Positions 9,736 through 19,593 of a DNA stretch of 64,000 nucleotides are shown piece after piece. Below the pieces are notes generated by a model that was not told the origin of the DNA, did no database searches, and saw nothing but the letters and a program-made list of their open reading frames with translations. A program made the position numbers and the translations under genes. Source of the stretch: a bacterium (GTDB lineage: Bacteria; UBA8248); the NCBI GenBank assembly GCA_965202625.1, contig CBDBBI010000010.1:1888001-1952000 (forward strand), written 5' to 3'. Each line of letters starts with the position of its first letter. The first letter of the stretch is position 1.

Positions 9736-10944
9736 TCATCCAACCGCAACCGGCGGCGGGCCCGAAACCCAGGTCCCGCGCCTCATCACGCCAACGAGGG
9801 CGAGGGAGCTCGAATCGAGAACGCACAAATCCGCACTGCGGCCCGGAGCGATGCAGCCCCACCTGGATTCCTCGCCGAGGACGCGCGCCGGGTTTCGCGT
9901 GGCCGTCGCTAGAGCGCAGGCGACCTCAAGCCCGCTCCATTTCCAGAGGCGAGGAAGAGTCTGCGAGAGCGACATGCGACTGCCGCTCAACACGCCCCCA
10001 TGCGTCAGGGCGTCGCCCAGTGCTTCCGATGCAGGCGGGTTCACGTCCCCTGCGGGCCGCAGACCTGAGTCGGCCACCAAATCTGAGGTGAGTACCGTCC
10101 GCTCCCAACCCCTCGCGCGAACGAAGGCAGCGAGGGCGCGCGGAGCCACGTGCACGCCATCCGCTATCAGACCGGCGGAGAGCCTCGAATCGTCCCGCAC
10201 GAAATCCATGGGCGATGCGCTCCTATGCGCGGGAGCGTCCGGGTTCGCGTAGCGATTGAAAGCATGTACCGCGAACGCACCGCCCGCCTCCAGAAACGCC
10301 TCCACCTTGGCGGACGAGGCCGCCGTGTGGCCCATGGCCGGCACGACGCCGTTATCCGCCAGCCACCCGGCAAGCTCCGCCGCCCCCTCCACTCCGGGGG
10401 AGAGCGTCGCCAGAACCAAGCCAGGCGCGCCCAGCCCTCTCGCGGCCTCGGCGATCTCCCGGACCTCCTCTATTGAGGGAGTGCGAACGTGCTTTCGCGG
10501 ATGCGCTCCTCTCATACGAGGCTCCAGATAGGGGCCCTCCAGGTGAACGCCCAGAATCCGCGCCTCGGCGCCCCCCTCGTTTTCTTGATGGGCCCACGCC
10601 TCTCTGACCGTATGGGCCGCGCGAACCATCTCCTCCTGGGGCGCGGTGGTGATGGTGGGCAAAAAAGCGACGGTGCCGCGCCGCGCCAGTGCCAGCGCAA
10701 TTCGGCGGACGCCCTCCACACCCGCCGTAAGCACCGCGTCCGCGCCCAGGCCGTTGACCTGAAGGTCCACGAAGCCGGGACACGCCAGCGCGCCCCCCAG
10801 CTCCAGCACCTGGGCATCCGGCGGGAGGGGATACGCTCCGCGCGGCCCCACGTACGTGAAAACGCCCCCCTCAATAACGAGGAGGGCGTCCACGATTCTC
10901 TCCAGCGGCGTATAGACCGCCATGCCAGCGAGGCGCAGGGTCAT
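9736..10944 (-). CDS. nagA: N-acetylglucosamine-6-phosphate deacetylase
   Basis: PGFVDLQVNG, LPTITT, HLEGPY, GAH, GHT, HAFN, IADGVHV, LSGS and NPA. Confidence 0.85.
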   Translation of the reverse strand: MTLRLAGMAVYTPLERIVDALLVIEGGVFTYVGPRGAYPLPPDAQVLELGGALACPGFVDLQVNGLGADAVLTAGVEGVRRIALALARRGTVAFLPTITTAPQEEMVRAAHTVREAWAHQENEGGAEARILGVHLEGPYLEPRMRGAHPRKHVRTPSIEEVREIAEAARGLGAPGLVLATLSPGVEGAAELAGWLADNGVVPAMGHTAASSAKVEAFLEAGGAFAVHAFNRYANPDAPAHRSASPMDFVRDDSRLSAGLIADGVHVAPRALAAFVRARGWERTVLTSDLVADSGLRPAGDVNPPASEALGDALTHGGVLSGSRMSLSQTLPRLWKWSGLEVACALATATRNPARVLGEESRWGCIAPGRSADLCVLDSSSLALVGVMRRGTWVSGPPPVAVG

Positions 10945-10953
10945 GATGAGAAT

Positions 10954-11556
10954 CTACTTCTTCGCGCCTTTTTTCAGTTCGGCGCGCACCCTCTCGTTCG
11001 CTTTAATGAGTGACTCGACGTTCTCCTGCGCGGCCTCATAGAGGGAGTACCGCACTTTTTCAAGTATCAGACGGGCGGCCAGGGTGGTGACGCCCGGAAC
11101 CTTGGGGGGCATTTTGATCTCACTCGCGCCTCCCGCGACCTCCTCGATTTCCCTGAGAACTTCCTGGTCGTCGTAGAGTTCTCCCTCTCCATACTGATAG
11201 GTGAGCTTTACGTAATCCCTCTCCTTCCTCTCCTGATCGCGCGTCTCCCGGACGATGTTCTCCATGTCGGCGGAAACGGGCTTTTTGGGGGATTCGTTTC
11301 GCTCCTCGATCTGCTGGAAATATTTAGCGTGATCGCAGGATTCCGGCAATTCCTCGCCCGGTATCTTCGAGCTGATCTCAAAGCGAATCGCCCTGTCGGC
11401 GTCCACAAATTTCGGCGGACCGATCTCGTAAGTGATGCCCTCGACGTTGAATCGATCCCCCTTCTTCGGTTCGTATCTCTTCTGCAAGTCTTTCGTCAGG
11501 CGACTCAGCGAGACCGAAGCGGTTTGCACGAAAAGCTGCGCTTGAAGTGAAGACAT
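10954..11556 (-). CDS. Hypothetical protein (charged, ~200 aa)
   Basis: Protein-like composition, GGGAGA RBS before ATG 11556, 9 bp upstream of nagA. No motif recognised. Confidence 0.75.
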   Translation of the reverse strand: MSSLQAQLFVQTASVSLSRLTKDLQKRYEPKKGDRFNVEGITYEIGPPKFVDADRAIRFEISSKIPGEELPESCDHAKYFQQIEERNESPKKPVSADMENIVRETRDQERKERDYVKLTYQYGEGELYDDQEVLREIEEVAGGASEIKMPPKVPGVTTLAARLILEKVRYSLYEAAQENVESLIKANERVRAELKKGAKK

Positions 11557-11753
11557 ATTTTCTATCTCCCTAAGACTCGAAGAACAAATGAGAGGCATGG
11601 AACATGCCCCAGCCCCATGAATGCGTCAAGACCTGGCGAGGAGGTTTCCTGGCGCGCGTTCGAATCCGCATCCGCGCGAGAGGATATATGTGATATGGTC
11701 GCGTTTTTCAACCGAGGCGCTCGCGTCCTCCAATCAAGAAGTAGGGAATCCGG

Positions 11754-12686
11754 ATGGCCAGGCCCGTTCACATTCGCGTTGGGGGCTATTCTCCGCCCGA
11801 GACCACGCACAGCCGCGCGATGGCTCTTTTTCGGGAGAAGATGCGGGAGCAGCTGGGCGAGAGCGTCAGAATAGACGTCTTCTGGAACGTGATGGATTTC
11901 GGCTACGGCGCGTCCGACCTGCTCTCCCTCGTGGAGTGCGGTCTGCTCGACATGTGCTACTTCTCAACCAGCTATCTCGTAGAGAGGACGCCCGCGCTCG
12001 AGATCGTCGACCTCCCCTTTTTGTTCCAGGATTCCACCTGCGCCCACCGCGCGCTGGACGGCGCGCTCGGAGGGCGTTTGACCGAGCGGATCGAAGCCCA
12101 GACGGGCTATAAAAACCTGGGCTTTTGGGACAATGGATTCCGCCACCTCTCGAACAGCGTCCGCGACGTGAGAACGCCCGAGGATTGCCGGGGGCTGCGC
12201 GTCCGCCTCCAACCCAACGAGGCGCACGTCAGGACGTTTGCGCTCCTCGGCGCCGATCCCGTGCCGGTCGAGCTGAAGGCGGGGCTCGCCATGATAGCCT
12301 CCGGCGCGGTGAACGCGCAGGAAAACCCGCTCTCCAACACCGCGACCTATGGTGTCGCAAAATATCACAAGCGCATCACGATGAGCGGTCATTTCTACGG
12401 AGCGCGCGCCCTGCTCGCCCACCGGGGGAGCTTCGACGCATGGCCTGAACGAGTCCGGAAGGCCGCGCGGGCGTGCGTCCGAGAGGCTATCGACCACCAA
12501 AGGGAGGCCGCGCGGGCGGAGGAGAGCACGATTCGCCGGGACCTCGAAAAAAGGGGCGTCTCCTTCGTGGACCTAACGGATGCGGAGCGCGCGGCGTTCT
12601 TCCAGGTGACGGAACCCATCCGCGCCGACGCCAGAAAAAGACTCGGTGACGCACTCTTCGACTTGATAACGAGAAAGCCAGGTTGA
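11754..12686 (+). CDS. TRAP transporter substrate-binding protein (DctP family), no signal peptide
   Basis: DLPFLF, WDNGFRH, TPEDCRGLRVR and AQENPL. Confidence 0.9.
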   Translation: MARPVHIRVGGYSPPETTHSRAMALFREKMREQLGESVRIDVFWNVMDFGYGASDLLSLVECGLLDMCYFSTSYLVERTPALEIVDLPFLFQDSTCAHRALDGALGGRLTERIEAQTGYKNLGFWDNGFRHLSNSVRDVRTPEDCRGLRVRLQPNEAHVRTFALLGADPVPVELKAGLAMIASGAVNAQENPLSNTATYGVAKYHKRITMSGHFYGARALLAHRGSFDAWPERVRKAARACVREAIDHQREAARAEESTIRRDLEKRGVSFVDLTDAERAAFFQVTEPIRADARKRLGDALFDLITRKPG

Positions 12687-12779
12687 CGTCCTGGCCGTTC
12701 CGGATGGGCTTCGAACGAGTCTAGAGCCCACCGCGCGAGGGGACGCAGGGCCGGCCCCTCATAAAGGTAAAGAAAAACC

Positions 12780-13769
12780 TTGCGCATACTCTACGTCAGC
12801 ACGTCCCTTATCAGTATCGTTATACTCGGCACGCTCGGCTATATCCTGATCGAGGGATGGTCGCTCCCCGAGTCTTTCTATATGACGATTATCACCCTTA
12901 CGACGGTGGGCTACGGCGAGGTGCACAAGTTGAGCACGACGGGGCGCATGTTCACCGTGGCACTCCTGCTCATGGGCGTGGGCGCCGTATTCTACGCCAC
13001 GGCGAGCATCGCCGAGGTGATGCTGGAGGGCCGAATACGTCAAATTCTGGGGAGGCGAAAACTGGTGAGAGAACTCAGGAAGATGAAAGACCACCACATC
13101 ATCTGCGGGTATGGACGCATCGGCTCCACCATCGCGAGGGAATACGCCAAAGAGTCGATGCCCTACGTCATCATCGAGAAAGATGAGGCCAAGGCCACCC
13201 ATCTCGACCAGGAAAGGATTCTGGTCGTCGTGGGTGACGCCACGAGCGATCACACGCTCATCAATGCCAGCGTAAAACGGGCGAAAAGCCTCGTCTGCGC
13301 CCTGGCCACCGACGCGGACAACGTGTTCGTCACCCTGACGGCGAGGGTGTTAAACCCCGATATATTCATCCTGAGCCGCGCCGCCCGGGAGAGCTCCATC
13401 CACAAGATGGAGGCAGCGGGCGCGAACCGCGTGGTCTCCCCCTACACCATGGGCGGCATACGAATGGCGCAGTCCATTCTGCGACCCAAACTCGCCAATT
13501 TTCTCGATGAGATCACCGGCCACGCGACAACGGAACTCGATTTCGAGGAGGTGAGCGTTCCCGAGGGATCGGACCTTATCGGAATGGCGCTCAGAGAATC
13601 GAAGATCAGCCAAGAGACCGGCGTCTATCTGCTCTCCATCCAAAAGCATAGCGGAGAGATGAGGTTCAATCCGGGGCCTTACTTCCAGCTCCAGGCGGGA
13701 GATCGCCTCTACGCCCTCGGCACGCCCGAGCAGGTGAAGGCCCTGCGCGAGCGCGTTCTCATGCTGTAG
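12780..13769 (+). CDS. Potassium channel with TrkA-N/TrkA-C (RCK) domains
   Basis: TTVGYG selectivity filter, two TM helices, HHIICGYGRIG Rossmann motif and GDAT. Confidence 0.92.
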   Translation: MRILYVSTSLISIVILGTLGYILIEGWSLPESFYMTIITLTTVGYGEVHKLSTTGRMFTVALLLMGVGAVFYATASIAEVMLEGRIRQILGRRKLVRELRKMKDHHIICGYGRIGSTIAREYAKESMPYVIIEKDEAKATHLDQERILVVVGDATSDHTLINASVKRAKSLVCALATDADNVFVTLTARVLNPDIFILSRAARESSIHKMEAAGANRVVSPYTMGGIRMAQSILRPKLANFLDEITGHATTELDFEEVSVPEGSDLIGMALRESKISQETGVYLLSIQKHSGEMRFNPGPYFQLQAGDRLYALGTPEQVKALRERVLML

Positions 13770-13831
13770 CGCATCTCCCTCGCTTCTCAGGGTGCTCTAC
13801 GCCTCCCGTCAAGATGACAAAACAAGGACGC

Positions 13832-14566
13832 CTACCCGAGCGCGTCCAACCTCAAATTCCGCCCCAGACGGAGGAGCGCGTCCGCGGCGTCCGAGCCGGG
13901 CGCGGCGAGAGGGAGAACGTCGTCCATCCCCGCCAGATGGGGAATCACGCCCAGAAGCGGAGCCTCCACCCCGCAGAGATCGGCGATGGCCGCCGGGTTG
14001 CGCTCTGCCGCCGGCGTGGCCTCTCCGCTCGAGTCGGAGAGGATGACGCCTAGAATCTCGAGCCCCTGCCGCCTGGCCTCCCGCACGCTCAACAGGGTGT
14101 GGTTGATGGCACCCAGGCCGAGCGGAGCGACGATCACCAAGGGTAGGTTTGCGCGGCGAGCAAGATCGGCCATGAAAGCGCCGGCGGCCAGGGGCGCAAG
14201 AAGGCCGCCCGCGCCCTCCACGAGCAGGGGCACTCGCTCCTCTCTGAGCGTCTCAATCGCGCCGACGAGGCGTTCCAGGTCCGGCGGCTCCCCCTCTCGC
14301 TCGGCCGCGTGGGCGGGCGCGAGCGGCGCGCGGTATCTGTAGGGACAAACCACATCCTCCGGCCGCGCATCGCCCGCGGCCGTCCTGAGCACCAGAGCGT
14401 CCCTCGGAACGAGGCGCTCGCCCTCAAGGGCGCAGCCCGACTCAGCAGGCTTCATCACCCGGGGGCCTTTGCCCCGCGCCGCCCAGTGGGCCGCGATGAC
14501 GCACCCCGCTACCGTTTTTCCCACACCGGTTCCCGTTCCGGTCAAAAAAATGGCAGTATCAGACAT
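13832..14566 (-). CDS. bioD: Dethiobiotin synthase
   Basis: TGTGTGVGKT, KPAESG, VEGAGG and LGAINHTLL. Confidence 0.93.
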   Translation of the reverse strand: MSDTAIFLTGTGTGVGKTVAGCVIAAHWAARGKGPRVMKPAESGCALEGERLVPRDALVLRTAAGDARPEDVVCPYRYRAPLAPAHAAEREGEPPDLERLVGAIETLREERVPLLVEGAGGLLAPLAAGAFMADLARRANLPLVIVAPLGLGAINHTLLSVREARRQGLEILGVILSDSSGEATPAAERNPAAIADLCGVEAPLLGVIPHLAGMDDVLPLAAPGSDAADALLRLGRNLRLDALG

Positions 14567-14665
14567 CGTGATTGGCTCCCTGCGTCGATCGCAACGTGAA
14601 CGGGCATGGACGAGCGGACGGAGAGGCGGGCGCGTGAAACACGCCGGAAACCTTGAGGAGACCCC

Positions 14666-14920
14666 ATGAAAACAACGAGCGCAAAAACCATCGACCTCCT
14701 TGGCGAAATCTGCCCCATGACCTGGGTACGGACGAAGCTCGCCCTAGAGGCGATGGCTCCGGGGGAGGTGCTTGAAGTATGGCTCGACTCAGACGATTCC
14801 GCCACCAGCGTCCCCAAAAGCGCGGCGGCCGAGGGCCACGTCATCCGGAGCGCGACGCCGGACTCCCAGGGCGGCGTTCGGCTCGTCATAGAGAAAAGAC
14901 GAGGACGATCGCACCCATAG
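14666..14920 (+). CDS. TusA/SirA-family sulfur carrier
   Basis: IDLLGEICPM...KLALEAMAPGEVLEV pattern; GAGGAG RBS. Confidence 0.88.
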   Translation: MKTTSAKTIDLLGEICPMTWVRTKLALEAMAPGEVLEVWLDSDDSATSVPKSAAAEGHVIRSATPDSQGGVRLVIEKRRGRSHP

Positions 14921-15025
14921 CGATCAAGCAAGTCGCCATTTCGCCCCCGATTTTCCGGCTCAGGAATCCCCCGCCCAGGGGACGCAACCGCCCGTAGACC
15001 AAACCCCGCGATTCAAAGCGCATTC

Positions 15026-15167
15026 CGCCAAAAAGACTGCCAAATAGCGCGTCAAATAACGGCAAAAGAAAGATAATTTTTCTGAATAAAAATTGATAAT
15101 ATAATTATAATCATATATTTATGGATTAGAGAGCGTTGCGAAATTACGCGCCAAACAGTGCGCCAAA
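15026..15167 (+). repeat. Two clusters of YGCCAAA-like direct repeats with 12-bp period flanking an AT-rich core
   Basis: Copies at 15026, 15038, 15050, 15060 and at 15137, 15149, 15161; AT-rich stretch ~15070-15128 between them. Confidence 0.65.
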
Positions 15168-15179
15168 AAAGGAGAAAAA

Positions 15180-16373
15180 ATGGACTGGGAAAAGTTCAGT
15201 TTTGAATACAAATACAAAGGTTTGGGCCTCGAAAATACCATCGTCTCCATAGAGGCGTCCAAAGAAGCCTGCATGCGTCTCGTTCTCCCTCCGGGTTGGA
15301 GAGAGAGGCTGAACAAATTGAACCGCGTTCGCGCCATTCATGGCACGACGGCCATAGAAGGAAATCCCCTCTCGGAAGCCGAGGTCTCACGACAAATCGA
15401 GATTCAGGAGCAATCCGCCGAACATCCGGACTCGACAAAACCCAGCAGGGAGCAAGTCCAGATCAGAAACGCCGGCGCCGCACAAGCGTGGGTTCAAAAG
15501 AGGTTCAAGCCCGGCAGTCCTCCTTTCACTCTCGACGATATTTTCAGAATGCACAAAATGATCACCGAGAACGCGGACATGATGGACAATACGCCCGGAA
15601 ACCTGAGGACGTTTCCCGTGAACGTGGGAAGTCCATCTCTCGGAGGCGTCCACAGGGGCGCGCCGCACAAACGGCTGGCGGATATGATGCACAGATACGT
15701 TGCATTTTTGGGCTCCCCCAAAATGGCAGCGGAACACCCCGCCCTTCGGGCGCTACTCGCGCATTTTTTTCTGGTGACGATCCATCCGTTCGGCGATGGG
15801 AACGGCAGGACCTCCCGTCTCGTAGAGGCGGGCATATTGTTTCAGGAGGGCTACAACCTCCACGGATTTTACGGGCTGTCCAATTATTTCTATCGCCATG
15901 AGAACGAATACAAAACGCTGCTTGAAAAGTGCAGGAAAAAACAGCCCTTTGACGTCACCGCGTTCATCACGTTCGGATTGCGGGGATTCGCAGAAGAATT
16001 GAAGGGAATCAACAACTTCATCACGACCAAGCTGAGTCGAATCGTCTATCGAGACATGTTGGTTCGGGCGCGCGACAAAAAAATATCCAAAAGGAGACGT
16101 TTGATTAACGAGAGAGAATACAACCTTCTTGATTTTCTCATCCTGGAGACCGAACCTGAGGATCCATTCTCCGAGCGGCCCTCAAGGATGATCAGCTTAT
16201 TGGAACTGCTCAAACGTCCGCACGTTCGAGAAGCATACAAGAACGTAACCACGAGAACCCTCATAAGAGAGCTCGTCCGACTGGAGGAGTTTGGTTTTAT
16301 CAAAATCTCCGAAGGCACGACAACCGACCAACACCTCATCGCGCTGGATTTTGACGCCATCGGGAAACACTAA
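15180..16373 (+). CDS. Fic-family protein (class II) with C-terminal winged-HTH-like region
   Basis: Canonical HPFGDGNGRTSR, N-terminal inhibitory TTAIEGN motif, C-terminal TTRTLIRELVRLEEFGFI. Confidence 0.93.
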   Translation: MDWEKFSFEYKYKGLGLENTIVSIEASKEACMRLVLPPGWRERLNKLNRVRAIHGTTAIEGNPLSEAEVSRQIEIQEQSAEHPDSTKPSREQVQIRNAGAAQAWVQKRFKPGSPPFTLDDIFRMHKMITENADMMDNTPGNLRTFPVNVGSPSLGGVHRGAPHKRLADMMHRYVAFLGSPKMAAEHPALRALLAHFFLVTIHPFGDGNGRTSRLVEAGILFQEGYNLHGFYGLSNYFYRHENEYKTLLEKCRKKQPFDVTAFITFGLRGFAEELKGINNFITTKLSRIVYRDMLVRARDKKISKRRRLINEREYNLLDFLILETEPEDPFSERPSRMISLLELLKRPHVREAYKNVTTRTLIRELVRLEEFGFIKISEGTTTDQHLIALDFDAIGKH

Positions 16374-16422
16374 ATGGACTTTCTCCCTGATTCGGCGGGG
16401 CCTGGAAGGCGACACCTCACGA

Positions 16423-16905
16423 TCACGGCGTGGGTTCCTCCCTCAGCCAGCGCGCGAGGGCCTTCTCGGGGTCTGCGAGCTCCTCAATGGAGGTATAAAA
16501 GTGCGCCTCCCAGCCAAACTCCGGAAAACCGGTGAACAACATGAGGTTCAGCGGATAGCCATCGCAGTCCGTGCAGCGGCGAAAATCATCCCGAAACAAG
16601 AACACCGGCTTCTCCCAGGCGATGGCCATGCCGAGCTCCACCATCACGCCCTCATCCGGCGGGCAGCCGTTGACCACCCCGAAGAAGCCGGCGGCGGCGC
16701 GCACGTCCCGCACGTCGTCCTGTCCCACGCGGTACGCCCAGCCCGGGCGCGCGAGCCGCTCGGGCTCGTTGTTGCGGGAGAACGGCTCCCACACCTCGGC
16801 CCCGGCCGCCTCAAGCCTCTCCACCAGCGCTTTGAGTGGCCCCTCTCGCTGCTGGGAGGAGAAACCATAGGGATTCGCCAGGTAAAGGGTTTTGCCAGAG
16901 ACCAT
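16423..16905 (-). CDS. Nucleoside 2-deoxyribosyltransferase-family protein
   Basis: YLANPYGF, D...VR and DEGVMVELGMA..KPV motifs. Confidence 0.88.
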   Translation of the reverse strand: MVSGKTLYLANPYGFSSQQREGPLKALVERLEAAGAEVWEPFSRNNEPERLARPGWAYRVGQDDVRDVRAAAGFFGVVNGCPPDEGVMVELGMAIAWEKPVFLFRDDFRRCTDCDGYPLNLMLFTGFPEFGWEAHFYTSIEELADPEKALARWLREEPTP

Positions 16906-17070
16906 GCGCGCTTCACTCTCCTCTCTTTATCAGACGCGCGTCCCGCTCACCACCAGCACCGGAAGACGCGCCATGCTCCCACACGAGACAGCGCGCCGTC
17001 CAGCGACGCAGTCGCGCGGTCGACTCCGCCATTGCACATATCGCCCACGCGCCCAGGGGATCATCGCCGA

Positions 17071-18246
17071 TCATCGCGCGTTCTCGCCAAAAGCGGCGAA
17101 GGCCAGCCCCGCGCCCAGGGCCATGGCGGCGCCGACGTGGAGCAGATTCACGAACCCCCAAATCGGAAGGAGCCAGCCCGCCATGAACGCGCCGAAGGTG
17201 GCGCCGACCCCCCAGGTAGCGGCGCTGTAGAGGGACTGCGCGGTGTTCTTCGTCGCCGCGCCGCTCAGGCGGTCAACGTATTGAATCGCACCTGCGTGAA
17301 AGACGCCGAAGGCGACGCCGTGCAGAAGCTGGATGAGGATGAGCAGGCTCGCGTCCGTCGTGAGCGCGACGAGCTCCCACCTCAAGCCCGCGGCGATCAT
17401 ACCCGCCACGATCATGAATTTAAGGCCGAACCATCTCTGTATCGTACCTGCGAAAACGAGAAACACTATTTCGCTCGCCACTCCCGCCGTCCACGCCAGC
17501 GCGATGATGTCCGCCGACATGCCGAGTTGCTTGAGCCGGATGCTGAAATACACCCCGAAAGGTCCCGCCGACATCGCAGCGACGGTCGTGGCGGCGAGGA
17601 ACACGGCGAGCGGCCTCTGACGAAGCAAAAGCCGCAGATCGGCCCGAAACATGGGACGCGAAGCGCCCGTCTCCCTCGGCAGGCGAAAAATAACAAAAAC
17701 GAGCAGAAAGCCTGCGACCGCCACTGCCGGAAATATAGCGGCGACACCGGCCCCCTCCACTAGGCGTCCCGCGATCGTGGCCGCCGCGATGAAACCCAAG
17801 GACCCCCAAAGGCGCACCCGGCCGTATTGCGCGCCCGTGGCCTCGATCTCCCTCAGACAAAGGTTCTCGGCTATCGGCACGAGGGGCGCCTTGAGGGCGG
17901 AGAAAAGCGTGATGAGAAAAAACAGGGGCAAAAAACCGCGCGCCCCCCACAAGAACAGCGCGAGGGCGGCGCTCAGGACCGCGCATCCGAGTACCATGCT
18001 CCGGCCGAGGCGAAACCTGTCGGAGAGCGCGCCCGCCAAAGGGGGGGCGAGCGCGTTCGAGAGGCGCGGTGCGGCGTTCAGCAGACCGAGCTGAAGCCCG
18101 CTCATTCCGACGGAATGATAGAAGACGTTCAAAAACGGGAGCAGGACGCCCACGCTGAAAAAATGCAGGAAATAAAATGCGGGCATTTGCCAGAGTGGCG
18201 CGGGGCCAGGGGAATGGACGCGCGCGCGCCCGCAAAGAGGGAGCAT
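17071..18246 (-). CDS. MFS transporter (HcaT/MFS_1-like); start uncertain
   Basis: About 12 hydrophobic segments, YGRVRLWGSLGF, GVASE and QLLHG. Confidence 0.88.
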   Translation of the reverse strand: MLPLCGRARVHSPGPAPLWQMPAFYFLHFFSVGVLLPFLNVFYHSVGMSGLQLGLLNAAPRLSNALAPPLAGALSDRFRLGRSMVLGCAVLSAALALFLWGARGFLPLFFLITLFSALKAPLVPIAENLCLREIEATGAQYGRVRLWGSLGFIAAATIAGRLVEGAGVAAIFPAVAVAGFLLVFVIFRLPRETGASRPMFRADLRLLLRQRPLAVFLAATTVAAMSAGPFGVYFSIRLKQLGMSADIIALAWTAGVASEIVFLVFAGTIQRWFGLKFMIVAGMIAAGLRWELVALTTDASLLILIQLLHGVAFGVFHAGAIQYVDRLSGAATKNTAQSLYSAATWGVGATFGAFMAGWLLPIWGFVNLLHVGAAMALGAGLAFAAFGENAR

Positions 18247-18540
18247 CTCTCGGCAACCTTATCACCCGGGCGGGAAAATTCATTCGACCACGATCGGAGA
18301 ATGATTTCCAGCCGCGCGGCGGCTTCCTTCGTGCACGTGGTTTTGCTATGCTCCCCTCCCCAATGAATTCTCGGGTTCTTCGCGCCGCGCAAGGCGAAGC
18401 CCTTGAACGCAAGGGAAAGCGCCGGGGGCCTAAAAACCGCGACGGCTAAACGGAAGCGACAAAAATGGGAACCCTCTATGAGTGGAGGGGTGACCCTTTG
18501 CATTTTCCACCCAATCGGAACCCATTGCGGGAGCGAAACG

Positions 18541-19566
18541 ATGAGCACGAACGATCTGGCGAAAACTGCCCAGCGAATGGTCGCGCCGGGCAAAGGCATT
18601 CTGGCGGCGGACGAGAGCGCGGGCACGATTCAAAAGCGCCTCGACGGCATCGGCGTCGAATCGACCGAGGAGAACCGGCGCGCCTATCGCGAACTTCTCT
18701 TTACCACGGAGGGAATGGAGGAATACATCAGCGGCGTCATCCTGTTCGACGAGACGCTGCGCCAGAGCGCGTCGAACGGAACGAACTTCGGCGAAATGCT
18801 CACCGGGCGCGGCATCCTCCCCGGCATCAAGGTCGACAAGGGCGCCAAGGACCTGGCTTTCGCCCCAGGGGAGAAAGTCACCGAAGGGCTGGACGGCCTG
18901 CGCGAGCGCCTAGCCGAATACGCCTCTCTGGGCGCGACCTTCACGAAATGGCGCGCCGTCATCGCCATCGGCGAGGGAATCCCCTCCGCCTACTGCATCA
19001 AGGCCAACGCGCACGCCCTCGCGCGCTTCGCCGCCCTCTCGCAGGAGGCGGGCCTCGTGCCCATTGTCGAGCCCGAGGTGCTCATGGACGCCGACAACAC
19101 CATTGAAGTCTGCGAGGAAGCGACGAACGACGCGCTCAAGAGCGTGTTTCACGCCCTATACGGGCAGCGCGTCTCGCTGGAGGGCATGATCCTCAAGCCC
19201 AACATGGTGATATCGGGCAAAAAATGCGCCGTTCAGGCGGGCGTGTCGGAGGTGGCGGAAGCCACGGTCCGCACTCTGTCGAGAAACGTGCCCGCCGCCG
19301 TGCCCGGAATATGCTTCCTCTCGGGCGGGCAGAGCGACGCCCTCGCCACCGCCCACCTGAACGCGATGAACGCGATGGGTCCCCACCCCTGGGAGCTGAG
19401 CTTCTCCTACGGCCGCGCGCTCCAGGCACCCGCCCTCAAAGGCTGGGGCGGGGAGGCGGCGAACGTCCCCCTCGCCCAAAAACTTTTCCACCATCGCTGC
19501 AAGTGCAACGGCGCGGCGCGCTCCGGTGCCTACGAGGGCGCGATGGAGGAGGAGGTCGCCGCCTAG
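18541..19566 (+). CDS. Fructose-bisphosphate aldolase class I
   Basis: KGILAADES, GIKVDKG, KWRAV, VPIVEPEV, LKPNMV, FLSGGQS and FSYGRALQ. Confidence 0.96.
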   Translation: MSTNDLAKTAQRMVAPGKGILAADESAGTIQKRLDGIGVESTEENRRAYRELLFTTEGMEEYISGVILFDETLRQSASNGTNFGEMLTGRGILPGIKVDKGAKDLAFAPGEKVTEGLDGLRERLAEYASLGATFTKWRAVIAIGEGIPSAYCIKANAHALARFAALSQEAGLVPIVEPEVLMDADNTIEVCEEATNDALKSVFHALYGQRVSLEGMILKPNMVISGKKCAVQAGVSEVAEATVRTLSRNVPAAVPGICFLSGGQSDALATAHLNAMNAMGPHPWELSFSYGRALQAPALKGWGGEAANVPLAQKLFHHRCKCNGAARSGAYEGAMEEEVAA

Positions 19567-19593
19567 ACGGGCGGGTGAGAGGGAGGAGAGAAG

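Noticed and set aside
11640-11680. GTTCGAATCC resembling a tRNA T-loop
   Set aside because: No pairing T-stem, acceptor stem or cloverleaf.
15180-16905. Fic plus nucleoside deoxyribosyltransferase as a two-gene defence system
   Set aside because: The genes are convergent and differ in composition; the NDT gene follows the MFS gene instead.
16920-17065. Short minus-strand frame ending ARLPVLVV, like a USP C-terminus
   Set aside because: The match is too short to support a remnant call.
18393-18440. Hairpin plus GGCCTAAA upstream of the aldolase resembling a c-di-GMP-I riboswitch
   Set aside because: Lacks the GAAA tetraloop and GACGCAAA junction; only a generic hairpin is supported.
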